Source: Terriglobia bacterium
GTDB lineage: Bacteria > Acidobacteriota > Terriglobia > JAJPHL01 > JAPKYU01
Assembly: GCA_965206645.1 (NCBI GenBank)
Contig: CBDBKE010000001.1
Span: 312,930-376,929 of the forward strand
Direction of reading: 5' to 3'
Length of the DNA: 64,000 nucleotides
Part shown: positions 1-9,811 of the stretch, piece after piece
How positions within the stretch are numbered: position 1 is the first letter of the stretch
Layout: each line of letters opens with the position of its first letter
Notes under the pieces: generated by a model
Told to the model about the DNA's origin: nothing
The model's database searches: none
What the model saw: only the letters and a program-made list of their open reading frames with translations
Program-made: the position numbers and the translations under genes

Positions 1-1785
1 TACCTCGGCCGGAATCCCGAGACCGGGGCTGTCGACTGGGCGCTGGCCGCCGATCCGCGGGTGCTCAGCCTGGCGGTCTTCGGCACGCTCATCGTGGCGG
101 GAGGGGGCAGTCTCTTCAAGATCGCGCAGCTGAGGGGCGGTGGCCAGGTGGTCGCGGAGCAGCTCGGCGGCCGCCTCATCAATCCGGACAGCGCGGTCCC
201 GTCCGAACAACAGCTCCTGAACGTCGTCCAGGAGATGGCGATCGCGTCGGGTGCGCCGACCCCGCCGGTCTATCTGCTGGACAACGAAGCGGGGATCAAC
301 GCCTTCGCCGCCGGGTTCACGCCCAGCGACGCGGTGATTGGCGTCACGCGCGGGGCGGCCGACGCGTTCACGCGCGACGAACTCCAAGGGGTGATCGCCC
401 ACGAGTTCAGCCACATTCTGAATGGCGACATGCGGCTCAATATCCGTTTGATCGGCCTTCTCCACGGCATCCTGATCATCGGCATCCTTGGCTACTTTGT
501 CCTGCGCATGGCCGCGTTCTCCGGCGTTGGGCGGAGCCGTTCCCGTCAGGAGAGTTCTCCGCTTCCCATGCTGGCGCTCGGTGCCGGCCTCATGACCGTC
601 GGCCTCTTCGGCACGCTGTTCGGTAATCTGATCAAGGCGGCGGTCAGTCGCCAGCGCGAGTTCCTCGCCGACGCGTCGGCGGTACAGTTCACGCGACACC
701 CAGCGGGAATCGCGAATGCGCTGAAGCGGATCGGCGGTGCGACGACCGGCTCGGGCATCCAGAGCCCGAACGCGCCGGAGGCGAGCCACCTGTTCTTCGG
801 CCGCGCTACGAGCGGCTTCAGCGGACTTTTTTCGACGCATCCGCCACTGGACGAGCGGATTCGCCGGATCGAGCCATCCTGGGACGGCGCGTTGCCTGAG
901 GGGAAGGCAGTCGCGAGCACACAGCCGGCTGCAGCTGGCGCCTCCGCGTTTGCCGGCAGTGCCGCATCCTCAGGGCCCCCAACCGTCGACCAAGTGGGGC
1001 AGCCGGCAGGCGAGGCGCATCTCCAGTACGCCGCGCGGCTCGTCAAGAGCCTGCCGGCGCAGCTCGTCAGCGCCGCTCACGAACCGTACGGTGCGCGCGC
1101 CCTCGTCTACGCGCTGTTGCTCGACCATGAGGCCGCGCCTCGACAGCGCCAGCTCGCTCACCTGAAGGAGGCGGCCGACCCAGGGGTGTACGAGGAAACA
1201 CGCCGGCTGATGCCGCTCGTCGAGCAACTCGACATGCGGGCGCGCCTGCCGCTGCTCGATATCTCGCTGCCGGCGCTGCGCAGCCTGGTGCCGGCGCAGT
1301 ACGACCTCTTCAAGCAGAACGTTGCCGCGCTCGTGCAGGCCGACAACGAAATCGACCTCTTCGAGTGGTCGCTGCACCGGATTCTGCTGCACGAACTCGA
1401 GGCGCACTTCGTGAAGCGGAGTCCGCCGCGCGTCCGCTACCGCACGCGGGCCTCGGTTCGGGCGCACAGCGAGCTATTGCTCTCGATGCTCGCCTACGCC
1501 GGGCACCGCGACCTGGAGTCGGCCCGACACGGGTTCGAGCATGCGAAGCGCATTCTGGAACGGCCGGACGCGCGCCTTCGTCCAGTGGACGACCTGAAGT
1601 TCACAGCGCTCGACGCCGCGCTCGGTGCGCTTGAGGAGGCGGCGCCCAAGGTGAAACGCCAGCTGCTGCGGGCGGCCGTCGCCTGCATCGCCGCCGACCG
1701 CACGGTAACCGCCACGGAGGCGGAGTTGCTCAGAGCGATGTCGGCGTCGCTCGGCTGCCCGATGCCGCCACTGCTCATGGACTGA
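1..1785 (+). CDS. M48 (HtpX-like) membrane zinc metalloprotease with long C-terminal extension; 5' end lies outside the window
   Basis: HEFSH zinc motif, INAFAAG, SRQREFLADASAV and STHPPL motifs; frame is open back to base 1. Confidence 0.9.
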   Translation, partial: YLGRNPETGAVDWALAADPRVLSLAVFGTLIVAGGGSLFKIAQLRGGGQVVAEQLGGRLINPDSAVPSEQQLLNVVQEMAIASGAPTPPVYLLDNEAGINAFAAGFTPSDAVIGVTRGAADAFTRDELQGVIAHEFSHILNGDMRLNIRLIGLLHGILIIGILGYFVLRMAAFSGVGRSRSRQESSPLPMLALGAGLMTVGLFGTLFGNLIKAAVSRQREFLADASAVQFTRHPAGIANALKRIGGATTGSGIQSPNAPEASHLFFGRATSGFSGLFSTHPPLDERIRRIEPSWDGALPEGKAVASTQPAAAGASAFAGSAASSGPPTVDQVGQPAGEAHLQYAARLVKSLPAQLVSAAHEPYGARALVYALLLDHEAAPRQRQLAHLKEAADPGVYEETRRLMPLVEQLDMRARLPLLDISLPALRSLVPAQYDLFKQNVAALVQADNEIDLFEWSLHRILLHELEAHFVKRSPPRVRYRTRASVRAHSELLLSMLAYAGHRDLESARHGFEHAKRILERPDARLRPVDDLKFTALDAALGALEEAAPKVKRQLLRAAVACIAADRTVTATEAELLRAMSASLGCPMPPLLMD

Positions 1786-1980
1786 GCACCGTCACTCCGT
1801 CCTCGTCGTTGGGACGAGGCCAACTACTCGATCGACGGGCTGCTGACGCCGCGAATCAGTCAGGAGCGCCGGCTATTTTCGTGGCGCGCGACGTTCGGCG
1901 TGCTCGCTCCGCATATCGCCCCGATCTGGAGCCTGCGCGTCGCGCACTACCAGATCTCCCTGCCGACCGGCCCGCCGGTG

Positions 1981-2784
1981 GGTACTGTCAAGTTCAGTGG
2001 GAGCGTGGCAGACTTGGCCGATGAAACGCGACACGCTGAGCTACCATGGATATCGATTCCCACCCGACATTATCAGCCACGCCGTCTGGCTGTATCACCG
2101 CTTCGGTGTGAGCTTTCGCGATGTCGAAGATCTCCTGGCCCAACGCGGCATTACGGTGTCCTACGAAGCGATCCGGCTGTGGTGCCTCACGATCGGTTCA
2201 GTATACGCTCGCCGGCTCAAGCGTCGACAGGGCCGGCTGGGCGACATCTGGCACCTGGACGAGGTCTTCGTCACCATCCAGGGACAGCGGCGCTATCTCT
2301 GGCGTGCCGTCGATCAAGATGGTGACGTCATCGATATCCTCGTCCAGTCGCGTCGCGACTGTCGGGCGGCTACACGCTTTTTCCGCAAGCTATTGAAGGG
2401 CCAGGAGCGTACGCCTGGGCGGTTGGTCACCGACAAGCTGAGCAGCTACAGGGCTGCGCACCGAGCGGTCATGCCGTCCGTCGCCCATCGCACGGACCGA
2501 TACGAGAACAATCGCGCCGAAGTCTCCCACCAGCCCACACGGCAACGCGAGCGACAAATGCGCCGGTTCAAATCTCCCGGGCAGGCACAACGATTCTTGT
2601 CCGTGCATGGACTCGTCCGCAACCTCTTCCGCGTTGGCCGTCACCTGGTGCGAGCGGTGCATCATCGGGAGCTACGAGGACGCTCTTTTCTCATTTGGGA
2701 TGCAGTCACGATCGCCGCCTGACTCGAACTGAGATCACGATCCCGAGTACCGGCTCGCTCGACGAACGCTAACTTGACAGTACC
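1981..2784 (+). mobile_element. IS6 family element (804 bp)
   Basis: Perfect 14-bp inverted repeats GGTACTGTCAAGTT (1981-1994, 2771-2784) around a transposase; no direct repeat. Confidence 0.93.
2021..2722 (+). CDS. IS6 family DDE transposase
   Basis: YRFPPDIISHAVWLY, WHLDEVFV, LWRAVDQDG, VTDKL and NNRAEVSHQP motifs. Confidence 0.95.
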   Translation: MKRDTLSYHGYRFPPDIISHAVWLYHRFGVSFRDVEDLLAQRGITVSYEAIRLWCLTIGSVYARRLKRRQGRLGDIWHLDEVFVTIQGQRRYLWRAVDQDGDVIDILVQSRRDCRAATRFFRKLLKGQERTPGRLVTDKLSSYRAAHRAVMPSVAHRTDRYENNRAEVSHQPTRQRERQMRRFKSPGQAQRFLSVHGLVRNLFRVGRHLVRAVHHRELRGRSFLIWDAVTIAA

Positions 2785-2964
2785 CACCAGGTCGCGCACA
2801 AATCGACTGGCCCGGTTCCTTCGGGCTCCCTCGAAATAGAAGCAGAATTGAGCCCTCGTGAACACGCCGCTATGCAGACAGACCAGGGCGATCCACTCCG
2901 CTTCGCACCCCGTCCAGCCGAAAGGCTCTAACGACTTTTCTCGATCATGAAGATGCGCGATCAT
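2785..2964 (-). pseudogene. N-terminal fragment of a hypothetical protein, truncated by IS6
   Basis: RBS GGGGAG plus ATG 2964 (MIAHLHDREKSLEPFGWTGCEAEWIALVCLHSGVFTRAQF); frame runs into the IS6 IR. Confidence 0.6.
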
Positions 2965-3072
2965 AACTCCCCGCCGGTCACGGCCAGAGCCAATCCTTAG
3001 ACGTGTACCGCGAAGCGGACGGAGGTAGCCGAGCACGATGACATCTCGGGCACGGCTGTGATTTATAGAAAC

Positions 3073-3094
3073 AGTATATTTCTTATACTATAAT
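3073..3094 (+). promoter_or_regulatory. Putative promoter/operator of the brnT-antitoxin operon (probably leaderless)
   Basis: Inverted repeat AGTATA-N5-TATACT abutting TATAAT (3089-3094), 5 nt before the ATG. Confidence 0.55.
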
Positions 3095-3099
3095 AACTC

Positions 3100-3363
3100 A
3101 TGCCATTTGAGTATGATCCCGCTAAAAGCGTCACAAACAAGGCCAAGCATGGCATCGACTTCGACGAAGCCCAGGTGCTTTGGAAAGATGCTCGGATACT
3201 GCAAGCACCGGCAAACACCGATGACGAGCCGCGCCTTCTGGTGATCGGAAAGATTGGCGAAAACCACTGGGCCGCCGTCTGCGCTCGTCGTGGGGATAAT
3301 GTGCGGATCATCTCGGTGCGGCGCGCCCGGAAACAGGAGATCGACCACTATGAAAGCAAGTGA
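3100..3363 (+). CDS. brnT: BrnT family toxin
   Basis: FEYDPAKSVTNKAKHGIDF...VRIISVRRAR signature. Confidence 0.9.
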   Translation: MPFEYDPAKSVTNKAKHGIDFDEAQVLWKDARILQAPANTDDEPRLLVIGKIGENHWAAVCARRGDNVRIISVRRARKQEIDHYESK

Positions 3364-3565
3364 GTTCGACAAGAAATTTAATGCAGGAGAGGATGTTAGC
3401 GGCCATGTCGACTGGTCGAAAGCAAAGCGCCCGAACGAGCAGGTGAAGCGGGTGAATGTGGACTTCCCGGCATGGGTTGTGGCCGGGCTGGACAGTCAGG
3501 CGCGGCATCTTGGCGTGACCCGCCAGGCGCTCATCAAGTTGTGGATCGCTGAACGGCTACAGTGA
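3350..3565 (+). CDS. BrnA/CopG-like ribbon-helix-helix antitoxin
   Basis: MKASEFDKKF...KRVNVDFPAWVV...GVTRQALIKLWIAERL; overlaps the toxin stop. Confidence 0.85.
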   Translation: MKASEFDKKFNAGEDVSGHVDWSKAKRPNEQVKRVNVDFPAWVVAGLDSQARHLGVTRQALIKLWIAERLQ

Positions 3566-3745
3566 AGCGGCAACCGAACCTGAAGGCGAACTCGGGCCCG
3601 GCGTCCTGATGCCGTTGACGTCGTCGGGGAACAGGGGGACCTGATTCGGCGTGGAGTGCTCCCACATTCCACAGAGCCCGACCAAAAGAACGCGGTTGTC
3701 GGGATGGTGACAAATCGAGATCGCCCCGATTCAGCCCACGAAATG

Positions 3746-4995
3746 TGACCAGACCGATTTTTTGTACCAACCGTAGTGAGAGTTTACATCGCAGCCTGGG
3801 GCTGTGAAACTGGTTTCAGTGGCAGGGGAGGGCTATAGGCCCCCGGCGCCGGGGGCCTATAGGCGAGCGCCGAGTGCGGCCGCACCGTGTTGTATTGCAC
3901 CCTCCACTGTTCAATCACCACCTGTGCCTCCTTCAACGAGTAGAAGATCTCTCCATTCAGGCATTCGTCCCGCAGCTTCCCATTGAAACTCTCGCAGTAC
4001 CCGTTCTCCCAGGGACTGCCCGGTTCGATGTACAGTGTCCCGGTCCCTAGATTTGCCAACCACTGGCGCAGTTGTTTGGCGATGAACTCGGGACCATTGT
4101 CGGATCGAATCTGTTCCGGTATCCCTCGCCACAACATCACGTCCGACAACGCCTCAATGATTTGTTGGCTGCCCATCCTCCGCTCCACCCGGATCGCCAG
4201 GCATTCCCGCGTGTACTCATCCAGCAAGGTCAGCAGCCGCAGCGTTCTCTCCTCGTGCGTTCTGGCACTCATGAAGTCGTAGCTCCACACGTGGTTCGGT
4301 CGCTCCGGCCTCAGTCGTACACAGGAACCGTCGTTCAGCCACAGCCGTCCTTGCGGCCTTTGTTTTTGCGGCACTTTTAGCCCTTCCCGCCGCCAAATCC
4401 GCTGCACCCGGTCCTTGCCCACTTCCCAGCCCGCACTCCGCAGCAACGCTGTGATCCTCCGGTAGCCATATCGCCCGTACTTCGCTCCCAGGGCAATGAT
4501 CGCTCGGGTCAGAGCATCCTCGTCCACCCGATGAATCGGCTCGTATCGTTGTGTCCCTCGCCATTGCCCCAGCAGCCGGCAGGCATGCCGTTCCGACAAC
4601 CCGTGTTGCTCCCACGCACGCTCCACCGCACAACGCCGCCGCTCAGGGCTCAGAAGTTTCCCTGTGCCACATCCCGCAGTACCTGCTTCTCCAGAGAAAG
4701 CTCCGCTACCAACCGCTTCAGCCGCGTGTTTTCCTTCCCCAACTCCTTTAGCCGTTTTGCCTGCACCACCTTCAGCCCGCCGTATTCCTTCCGCCACCGG
4801 TAGTAGGTTTGGGTGTGGATTCCAGCTTCTTTGCAGGCTTGGGGCGCAGTCTTCCCGTTCCCCATCTGCACTTCTATCTGCCGTAGCACCGCTACAATCC
4901 GCTCCGGCTTGTAACTCCTTGTCGGCATGACCTCACTTCCTCCTCAAGTGGATTCTCTCTCTTTCCACTTGGTACAAAAAGTGCCGGTCAGGTCA
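3746..4995 (-). mobile_element. IS3 family element, copy 1 (1250 bp)
   Basis: TGACC...GGTCA imperfect IRs; orfA 4650-4928, orfB ending at 3784; GGGAAAC slippery site at the orfA/B overlap; DDE motifs WSYDF, SDNGPEF, ESFNG. Confidence 0.95.
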
Positions 4996-5073
4996 CCAAC
5001 ATATCCGTTGCTGAATCCATCAGGCGACTGCTACGCGGCGGTCTGTCGTCGGCAATGCGGTAAACGAGTTTGC

Positions 5074-5148
5074 TCACGGCTCGCAGTCCTGGTAGTCCGA
5101 GACCATGCAGGCTCGCGCCAGTTCGGTCGCGCGGTTAATCTCGGCCAT
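5074..5148 (-). pseudogene. C-terminal remnant of a Sel1-repeat protein
   Basis: Translates MAEINRATELARACMVSDYQDCEP*, nearly the same as the C-terminus encoded at 7322-7402. Confidence 0.7.
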
Positions 5149-5171
5149 CTTGAATCCTGCTGCATCTTCGA

Positions 5172-6233
5172 GGCGTTGTTGCGTAATTTGCGCTCGCGGC
5201 GAACCGGGCCGAGAAGCTCATCCGCCTCAGTACACGCGCTCCGATCGTGGCATTCCAAGCTCCGCCATCCGGTTCAGCACAGCGCACTTGATCGCGGCTT
5301 CGACTTTTTGGTTCTTGACCGTGCGGGCCGAGAGGCTTACCCCGAGTATCGCCTTGTACCGTGAGACCGCATTCTCCGCCACGCTCTGGCGAGTGCAGCC
5401 ACTCGACTTCCGCCACTCATAACGGCCCTGCGTCCTAATACGCCGGAGATGGGTATCACGCATCGCACGCCACGGAGGCGGATGAGAGTCTCGGCTGCAT
5501 CGTGCATTGCGTCGCGGCAAGATCGTCACGATAGCGTCGTGCTGGAGCACGGCCTCGTAGCAGGAACCCGTGTCGTAGGCCCGGTCTGCGGAGACTTGCC
5601 CGATCGAACCAGGAGCCTTAGACAGCAACGAAGAGAGCCTTCGGGCGTCGTGGACGTTGCTCGCAGTCAGGTCCATCGCAACGATCTCTTTCGTCGTCTC
5701 ATCGATGCCTAGGTGGAGCTTTCGCCATGTCCTACGGCGGAGGGTTCGGTGTTTTCTGATGTGCCACTCACCGGCTCCGTAGATCTTCAGGCCCGTCGAA
5801 TCGATGACGACATGTCGTGGTCGATCCGTGGGCCCTACACTCAGTCGGACGTCGACGGCGCTTTGCCTTCGGCTCACCGTGCTGTAGTTGGGCACTGGGA
5901 GGTCGAGAGCCATGAGCGCCACGATGGATTGAAGGAACCCTTGAGTGGTCCGTAGGTTGAGGTGAAACACCGAATTCAGGACCAGCGCACATTGGATCGC
6001 CGCATCTGCGTAGACCTTGGGCCGGCCTCGCCCTTCGAAGGGTCCTGGATGACGCCAGGCAGCGACTGCCTCCGTGTCGAACCACAGTGTCAGCTGCCCA
6101 CGTTTCACCAGAGCCCGGTTGTACTCCGGCCAGTTGCGAACCTTATATCGGAAGGTGTAGTCGCTTTTGCCCATCCCCTAGCCTATCAGGAGGGAGAGCG
6201 TTGGGGATGGAGTCAGATTTCTGCAACAACGCC
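5172..6233 (-). mobile_element. IS5 family (IS903-like) element, copy 1 (1062 bp); transposase 5227-6174
   Basis: IRs GGCGTTGTTGC / GCAACAACGCC; YKVRNWPEYNRALVKRG, IDSTGLK, WRKLHLG and SADRAYD motifs. Confidence 0.95.
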
Positions 6234-6344
6234 CCTGGGCGCGCTTTTTGAGCGTCGAAGGGCTATTTGGCAGTTCGGGCCGCCAAAGGTGAGAGGCGGA
6301 CCCACTGGACAGGGGAACTGACCTTGCCGCTCCGCGTGACATTA

Positions 6345-6362
6345 TGTAGTCATTTGGCTACA
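6345..6362 (+). promoter_or_regulatory. Putative operator of the TA operon
   Basis: Imperfect palindrome TGTAGTCA-TT-TGGCTACA overlapping a TACAAT -10-like box just upstream of ATG 6371. Confidence 0.5.
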
Positions 6363-6370
6363 ATGACAAC

Positions 6371-6700
6371 ATGGTCAGGGTAGTTCACTACGTAGCAAAA
6401 GACGGCACGGACTACTTTGACGAGTGGCTTCAGAACCAGGACACCGAGATTCGAGCTCGCGTCCAGACGCGCATCGACCGGGTCGAACTGGGAAACTTCG
6501 GCGACCACAAAGGGGTGGGCAAGGGTGTTTCCGAGCTTCGAATCGACTTCGGCCCCGGATACCGTGTGTACTATGGTCTCGACAGCGAGAAACTCGTGAT
6601 CCTCCTGGTCGGAGGAACGAAGAAACGGCAGGCCCGCGACATCGAAATGGCCCAGGCCTGTTGGAAGGCGTATCAACAGGAGAAACAAAAATGCCCGTGA
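6371..6700 (+). CDS. RelE/ParE-type addiction module killer protein (HI1419-like)
   Basis: RIDRVELGNFGDHKGVGKGVSELRIDFGPGYRVYY...LLVGGTKKRQ. Confidence 0.92.
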   Translation: MVRVVHYVAKDGTDYFDEWLQNQDTEIRARVQTRIDRVELGNFGDHKGVGKGVSELRIDFGPGYRVYYGLDSEKLVILLVGGTKKRQARDIEMAQACWKAYQQEKQKCP

Positions 6701-6975
6701 AACAGCACCGAGCTAGCGACTACCTCAAAACACCCCAAGACATCGCTGCGTACCTGAACGCCGCGATCGAGGAGTTCGACGGTGACCCTCGATTGTTGAT
6801 GAAAGCTTTTCGTAACGTGGCGGCGGCACAGGGCGGCGTATCTGAAATCGCACGTCGAGCCGCCGTCGACCGTGTGGGCCTCTCCCGCGGCTTGTCGGGA
6901 AACAGAGATCCTCGGCTCGGTACGGTTGCCAAGATCGCCTCTGCCTGCGGCGTGAGGCTTCAGTTTGTGGCGTAG
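6691..6975 (+). CDS. Addiction module antidote, XRE-HTH (HI1420-like)
   Basis: ASDYLKTPQDIAAYLNAA...GVSEIARRAAVDRVGLSRGLSGNRDPRLGT; overlaps the toxin. Confidence 0.9.
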   Translation: MPVKQHRASDYLKTPQDIAAYLNAAIEEFDGDPRLLMKAFRNVAAAQGGVSEIARRAAVDRVGLSRGLSGNRDPRLGTVAKIASACGVRLQFVA

Positions 6976-7007
6976 ACCGTTCAGGGCAGACAGCTGCCGC
7001 CGCACAT

Positions 7008-7402
7008 ATGGACCGAATTGATTCGCAGGGCGATTTCGACGCGATCCGTCAAGCGGCGGAGCGGGGCTACGCCGAGGCGCAGCTTTACCTCGGGAGCATG
7101 TACGCCAACGGACTGGGGGTGCCGCAGGATGATGCGGAAGCTGTTCGCTGGTTCCGGTTGGCGGCCGAGCGAGCGAGCAAGGATACGCCAACGCCGAAGT
7201 CGCACGGTTCAGACTTGGGACCATGTACAAGGATTCCGTGCTCGCGTACATATGGTTCACCATCGCCGGCACCAATGGGAACGAGACGGCTAAAGACTTG
7301 CGGGACGACCTTGAACGTAACATGGCTCGCGCCGAGATCAGCCGTGCGACCGAGCTGGCTCGCGCATGCAGGGCCTCGGACTATCAGGACTGCGAGCCAT
7401 AA
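7008..7402 (+). pseudogene. Sel1-repeat protein, frameshifted and internally deleted
   Basis: AERGYAEAQLYLGSMYANGLGVPQDDAEAVRWFRLAAE, then a frame change to DSVLAYIWFTIAGTNG...ACRASDYQDCEP*. Confidence 0.8.
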
Positions 7403-7468
7403 GCCGAACCCCAACCTCCCGACGCTGTCTCTGCTCTGAGGCCAGTTTTGCCCGTTTCCAAGGAGGCT

Positions 7469-7825
7469 ATGTCCGACCAGCTGATCCTCGACAACCTGAG
7501 TGCCCTTTATACCGAAGAAGAAAAGTTGCGGGTCAAGGCACTAGAGTTAGTTGCACGCGACAGCCAACTCCAGTTGCACATTTCTGTGATCGGAAATGCG
7601 ATGAATCTGGCGGATCTGTTTCGCCAATTCCCAACCGACGACGAAGACATGAAGGCAATCCAGATGTTCGGCATGCGAACATTCAATGCCTTCGGCTCCA
7701 GCCTCAAGCTCGCTCTCTCCGGCTATGGTCAAAACAGTGCTCTGATTATGCGCCTCATCCTGGAAACCGTATTCCTGCTTGACCTTCTCAAGGGCGACAG
7801 GTCATTGATCGGTAGGTGGCGGTGA
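7469..7825 (+). pseudogene. Hypothetical helical protein (DUF5677-like), truncated by IS3 copy 2
   Basis: RBS AGGAGG; LALSGYGQNSALIMRLILE segment; the stop TGA is the first 3 bases of the IS. Confidence 0.6.
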
Positions 7826-9072
7826 CCTGACCGGCACTTTTTGTACCAAGTGGAAAGAGAGAGAATCCACTTGAGAAGGAAGTGAGGTCATGCCGACAAG
7901 GAGTTACAAGCCGGAGCAGATTGTAGCGGTGCTACGGCAGATAGAAGTGCAGATGGGGAACGGGAAGACTGCGCCCCAAGCCTGCAAAGAAGCTGGAATC
8001 CACACCCAAACCTACTACCGGTGGCGGAAGGAATACGGCGGGCTGAAGGTGGTGCAGGCAAAACGGCTAAAGGAGTTGGAGAAGGAAAACACGCGGCTGA
8101 AGCGGTTGGTAGCGGAGCTTTCTCTGGAGAAGCAGGTGCTGCGGGATGTGGCACAGGGAAACTTCTGAGCCCTGAGCGGCGGCGTTGTGCGGTGGAGCGT
8201 GCGTGGGAGCAACACGGGTTGTCGGAACGGCATGCCTGCCGGCTGCTGGGGCAATGGCGAGGGACACAACGATACGAGCCGATTCATCGGGTGGACGAGG
8301 ATGCTCTGACCCGAGCGATCATTGCCCTGGGAGCGAAGTACGGGCGATATGGCTACCGGAGGATCACAGCGTTGCTGCGGAGTGCGGGCTGGGAAGTGGG
8401 CAAGGACCGGGTGCAGCGGATTTGGCGGCGGGAAGGGCTGAAAGTGCCGCAAAAACAAAGGCCGCGAGGACGGCTGTGGCTGAACGACGGTTCCTGTGTA
8501 CGACTGAGGCCGGAGCGACCGAACCACGTGTGGAGCTACGACTTCATGAGTGCCAGAACGCACGAGGGGAGAACGCTGCGGCTGCTGACCTTGCTGGATG
8601 AGTACACGCGGGAATGCCTGGCGATCCGGGTGGAGCGGAGGATGGGCAGCCAACAAATCATTGAGGCGTTGTCGGACGTGATGTTGTGGCGAGGGATACC
8701 GGAACAGATTCGATCCGACAATGGTCCCGAGTTCATCGCCAAACAACTGCGCCAGTGGTTGGCAAATCTAGGGACCGGGACACTGTACATCGAACCGGGC
8801 AGTCCCTGGGAGAACGGGTACTGCGAGAGTTTCAATGGGAAGCTGCGGGACGAATGCCTGAATGGAGAGATCTTCTACTCGTTGAAGGAGGCACAGGTGC
8901 TGATTGAACAGTGGAGGGTGCAATACAACACGGTGCGGCCGCACTCGGCGCTCGGCTATAGGCCCCCGGCGCCGGGGGCCTATAGCCCTCCCCTGCCACT
9001 GAAACCAGTTTCACAGCCCCAGGCTGCGATGTAAACTCTCACTACGGTTGGTACAAAAAATCGGTCTGGTCA
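7823..9072 (+). mobile_element. IS3 family element, copy 2 (1250 bp)
   Basis: Near-identical to copy 1; orfA 7890-8168, orfB ending at 9034. Confidence 0.95.
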
Positions 9073-9494
9073 ATACATCCAAGTGGCGGCGTGGCACCGC
9101 CGGACGAGGCGCCGGCGGTTGCTTGTTCTTGATGCGATACTTCGGCATCAGTAGTCCTCCCCCCTGAAGCCGCCATTTTAACCCGCCCTGCGAGCCAACC
9201 CTAGCGAAGAGAGCCGAGCCGGGCTAGACCGCCGGACGAGGCGCCGGCGGTTGCTTGTTCTTGATGCGATACTTCGGCATCAGTAGTCCTCCCCCCTGAA
9301 GCCGCCATTTTAACCCGCCCTGCGAGCCAACCCTACCGACCCTGGGACCCTTTATGGTGGGCATTGGAGCCTTCATAAGCCGAGACGACGGGCTTTCAGG
9401 ACCCGGCGAGGACCGCTCGGAGCCCGCAGAGAGAAGCACTGTGCTGGAAGGGTTCAGTTGGAGGCCAATGGTTGTATACTCACGAGTGCCGGAG
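9073..9494. repeat. Dispersed repeat (second copy at 47794-48101) with an internal 107-bp tandem duplication
   Basis: Sequence matches 47794-48101; 9229-9335 repeats 9097-9203. Confidence 0.9.
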
Positions 9495-9613
9495 GGCATT
9501 GTCAAGTTGACGAAAGGCTCGTCGATCGACCCCCAAGATATTGCGCTCCAGCCCGTCTCGAACCCACCATGCTGAGCATCAAAAACAGCCGTCAGCCTCA
9601 ACTTGACAATACC
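9495..9613 (+). mobile_element. 119-bp MITE with IS6-type terminal inverted repeats, copy 1
   Basis: GGCATTGTCAAGTTGA ... TCAACTTGACAATACC; second copy inverted at 42161-42279. Confidence 0.85.
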
Positions 9614-9811
9614 CTATGGCCTTATTGGGGTGACCCGGCACGAATTGTCTGGGTTCAAGGCAAGCGTGCTGTCCAAGATGGTCAAGTCCTTCCGCTTCCG
9701 CTAAGCCCAATTCGCACGACCAATGCGGGAGCAAAAGATAGTTGTGGCGCAGCTCTGCCGCTACGATGCGCGGAGACTCTCCTGGGAGGGATGTCCGGCA
9801 GAAGCCGGTTG

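Noticed and set aside
3746-9072. Composite transposon formed by inverted IS3 copies 1 and 2 carrying the TA module
   Set aside because: Outer flanks (AAATG / ATACA) share no direct repeat, so joint transposition is unsupported.
9097-9342. Possible CRISPR-like array
   Set aside because: Only one long unit is duplicated; there is no repeat-spacer periodicity and no cas gene.
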